46,873 bases of DNA from Chiloscyllium plagiosum (lineage: Eukaryota): contig NC_057718.1 in assembly GCF_004010195.1 (NCBI RefSeq), positions 90,118,837-90,165,709 of the forward strand, given 5' to 3'. The translations under genes and the position numbers were made by a program. This document shows, one piece after another, positions 46,700-46,873 of the stretch (position 1 is the stretch's first letter; each line of letters begins with the position of its first letter). The notes beneath the pieces were generated by a model, which was not told the DNA's origin, made no database searches, and saw only the letters and a program-made list of their open reading frames with translations.

Positions 46700-46873
46700 G
46701 AAACCCACGCTTTCCCCAGTCTCCTCCTGTTCCCACAGCCCTTTTCTCTAGTCTCTCCCTCTGCCTGAAACCCCATTCTCCAGTCTCCCTCTCTCCCCTC
46801 ATTCTCCAGTCTCCCTCTCTCTCCATTCCCCACACTCCCTGATCTCCCTAATCCCCACTCACCCCGACCCCCC
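46700..46873. repeat. C/T-rich low-complexity repeat (cattctccagtctccctctctc twice)
   Basis: Directly visible. Confidence 0.75.

Overview
Repeat-dense vertebrate non-coding DNA (intron or intergenic), most likely from a shark or other elasmobranch. This is inferred from HE1/V-SINE-type SINEs, their CR1 (HER1-type) partner LINEs and Deu-domain SINEs. I could not support any host protein-coding exon; the protein-like ORFs are decayed LINE ORF2 fragments or minisatellite frames. Contents: about 17 V-SINE copies or fragments, about 20 CR1 fragments, L2, Rex1/Babar, three further SINE families, two Tigger/pogo-like MITEs, possible LTR relics, a 24-bp minisatellite and three N-gaps. The most interesting signal is a family of about 12 short, mostly fold-back (palindromic) Penelope-derived insertions. 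They carry a minimal hammerhead ribozyme motif (CTGAnGA-A-GGGC-loop-GCCC-GAAAC-GTC), have 11-17 bp target-site duplications, and show a constant ~35-nt arm asymmetry. Other oddities are a perfect 79-bp duplication around a 34-bp SINE tip, an old ~0.5-kb local duplication, a permuted CR1 fragment and a repeatedly targeted insertion site. Family names come from recognition, not database search, and boundaries are approximate unless a TSD or TIR defines them.
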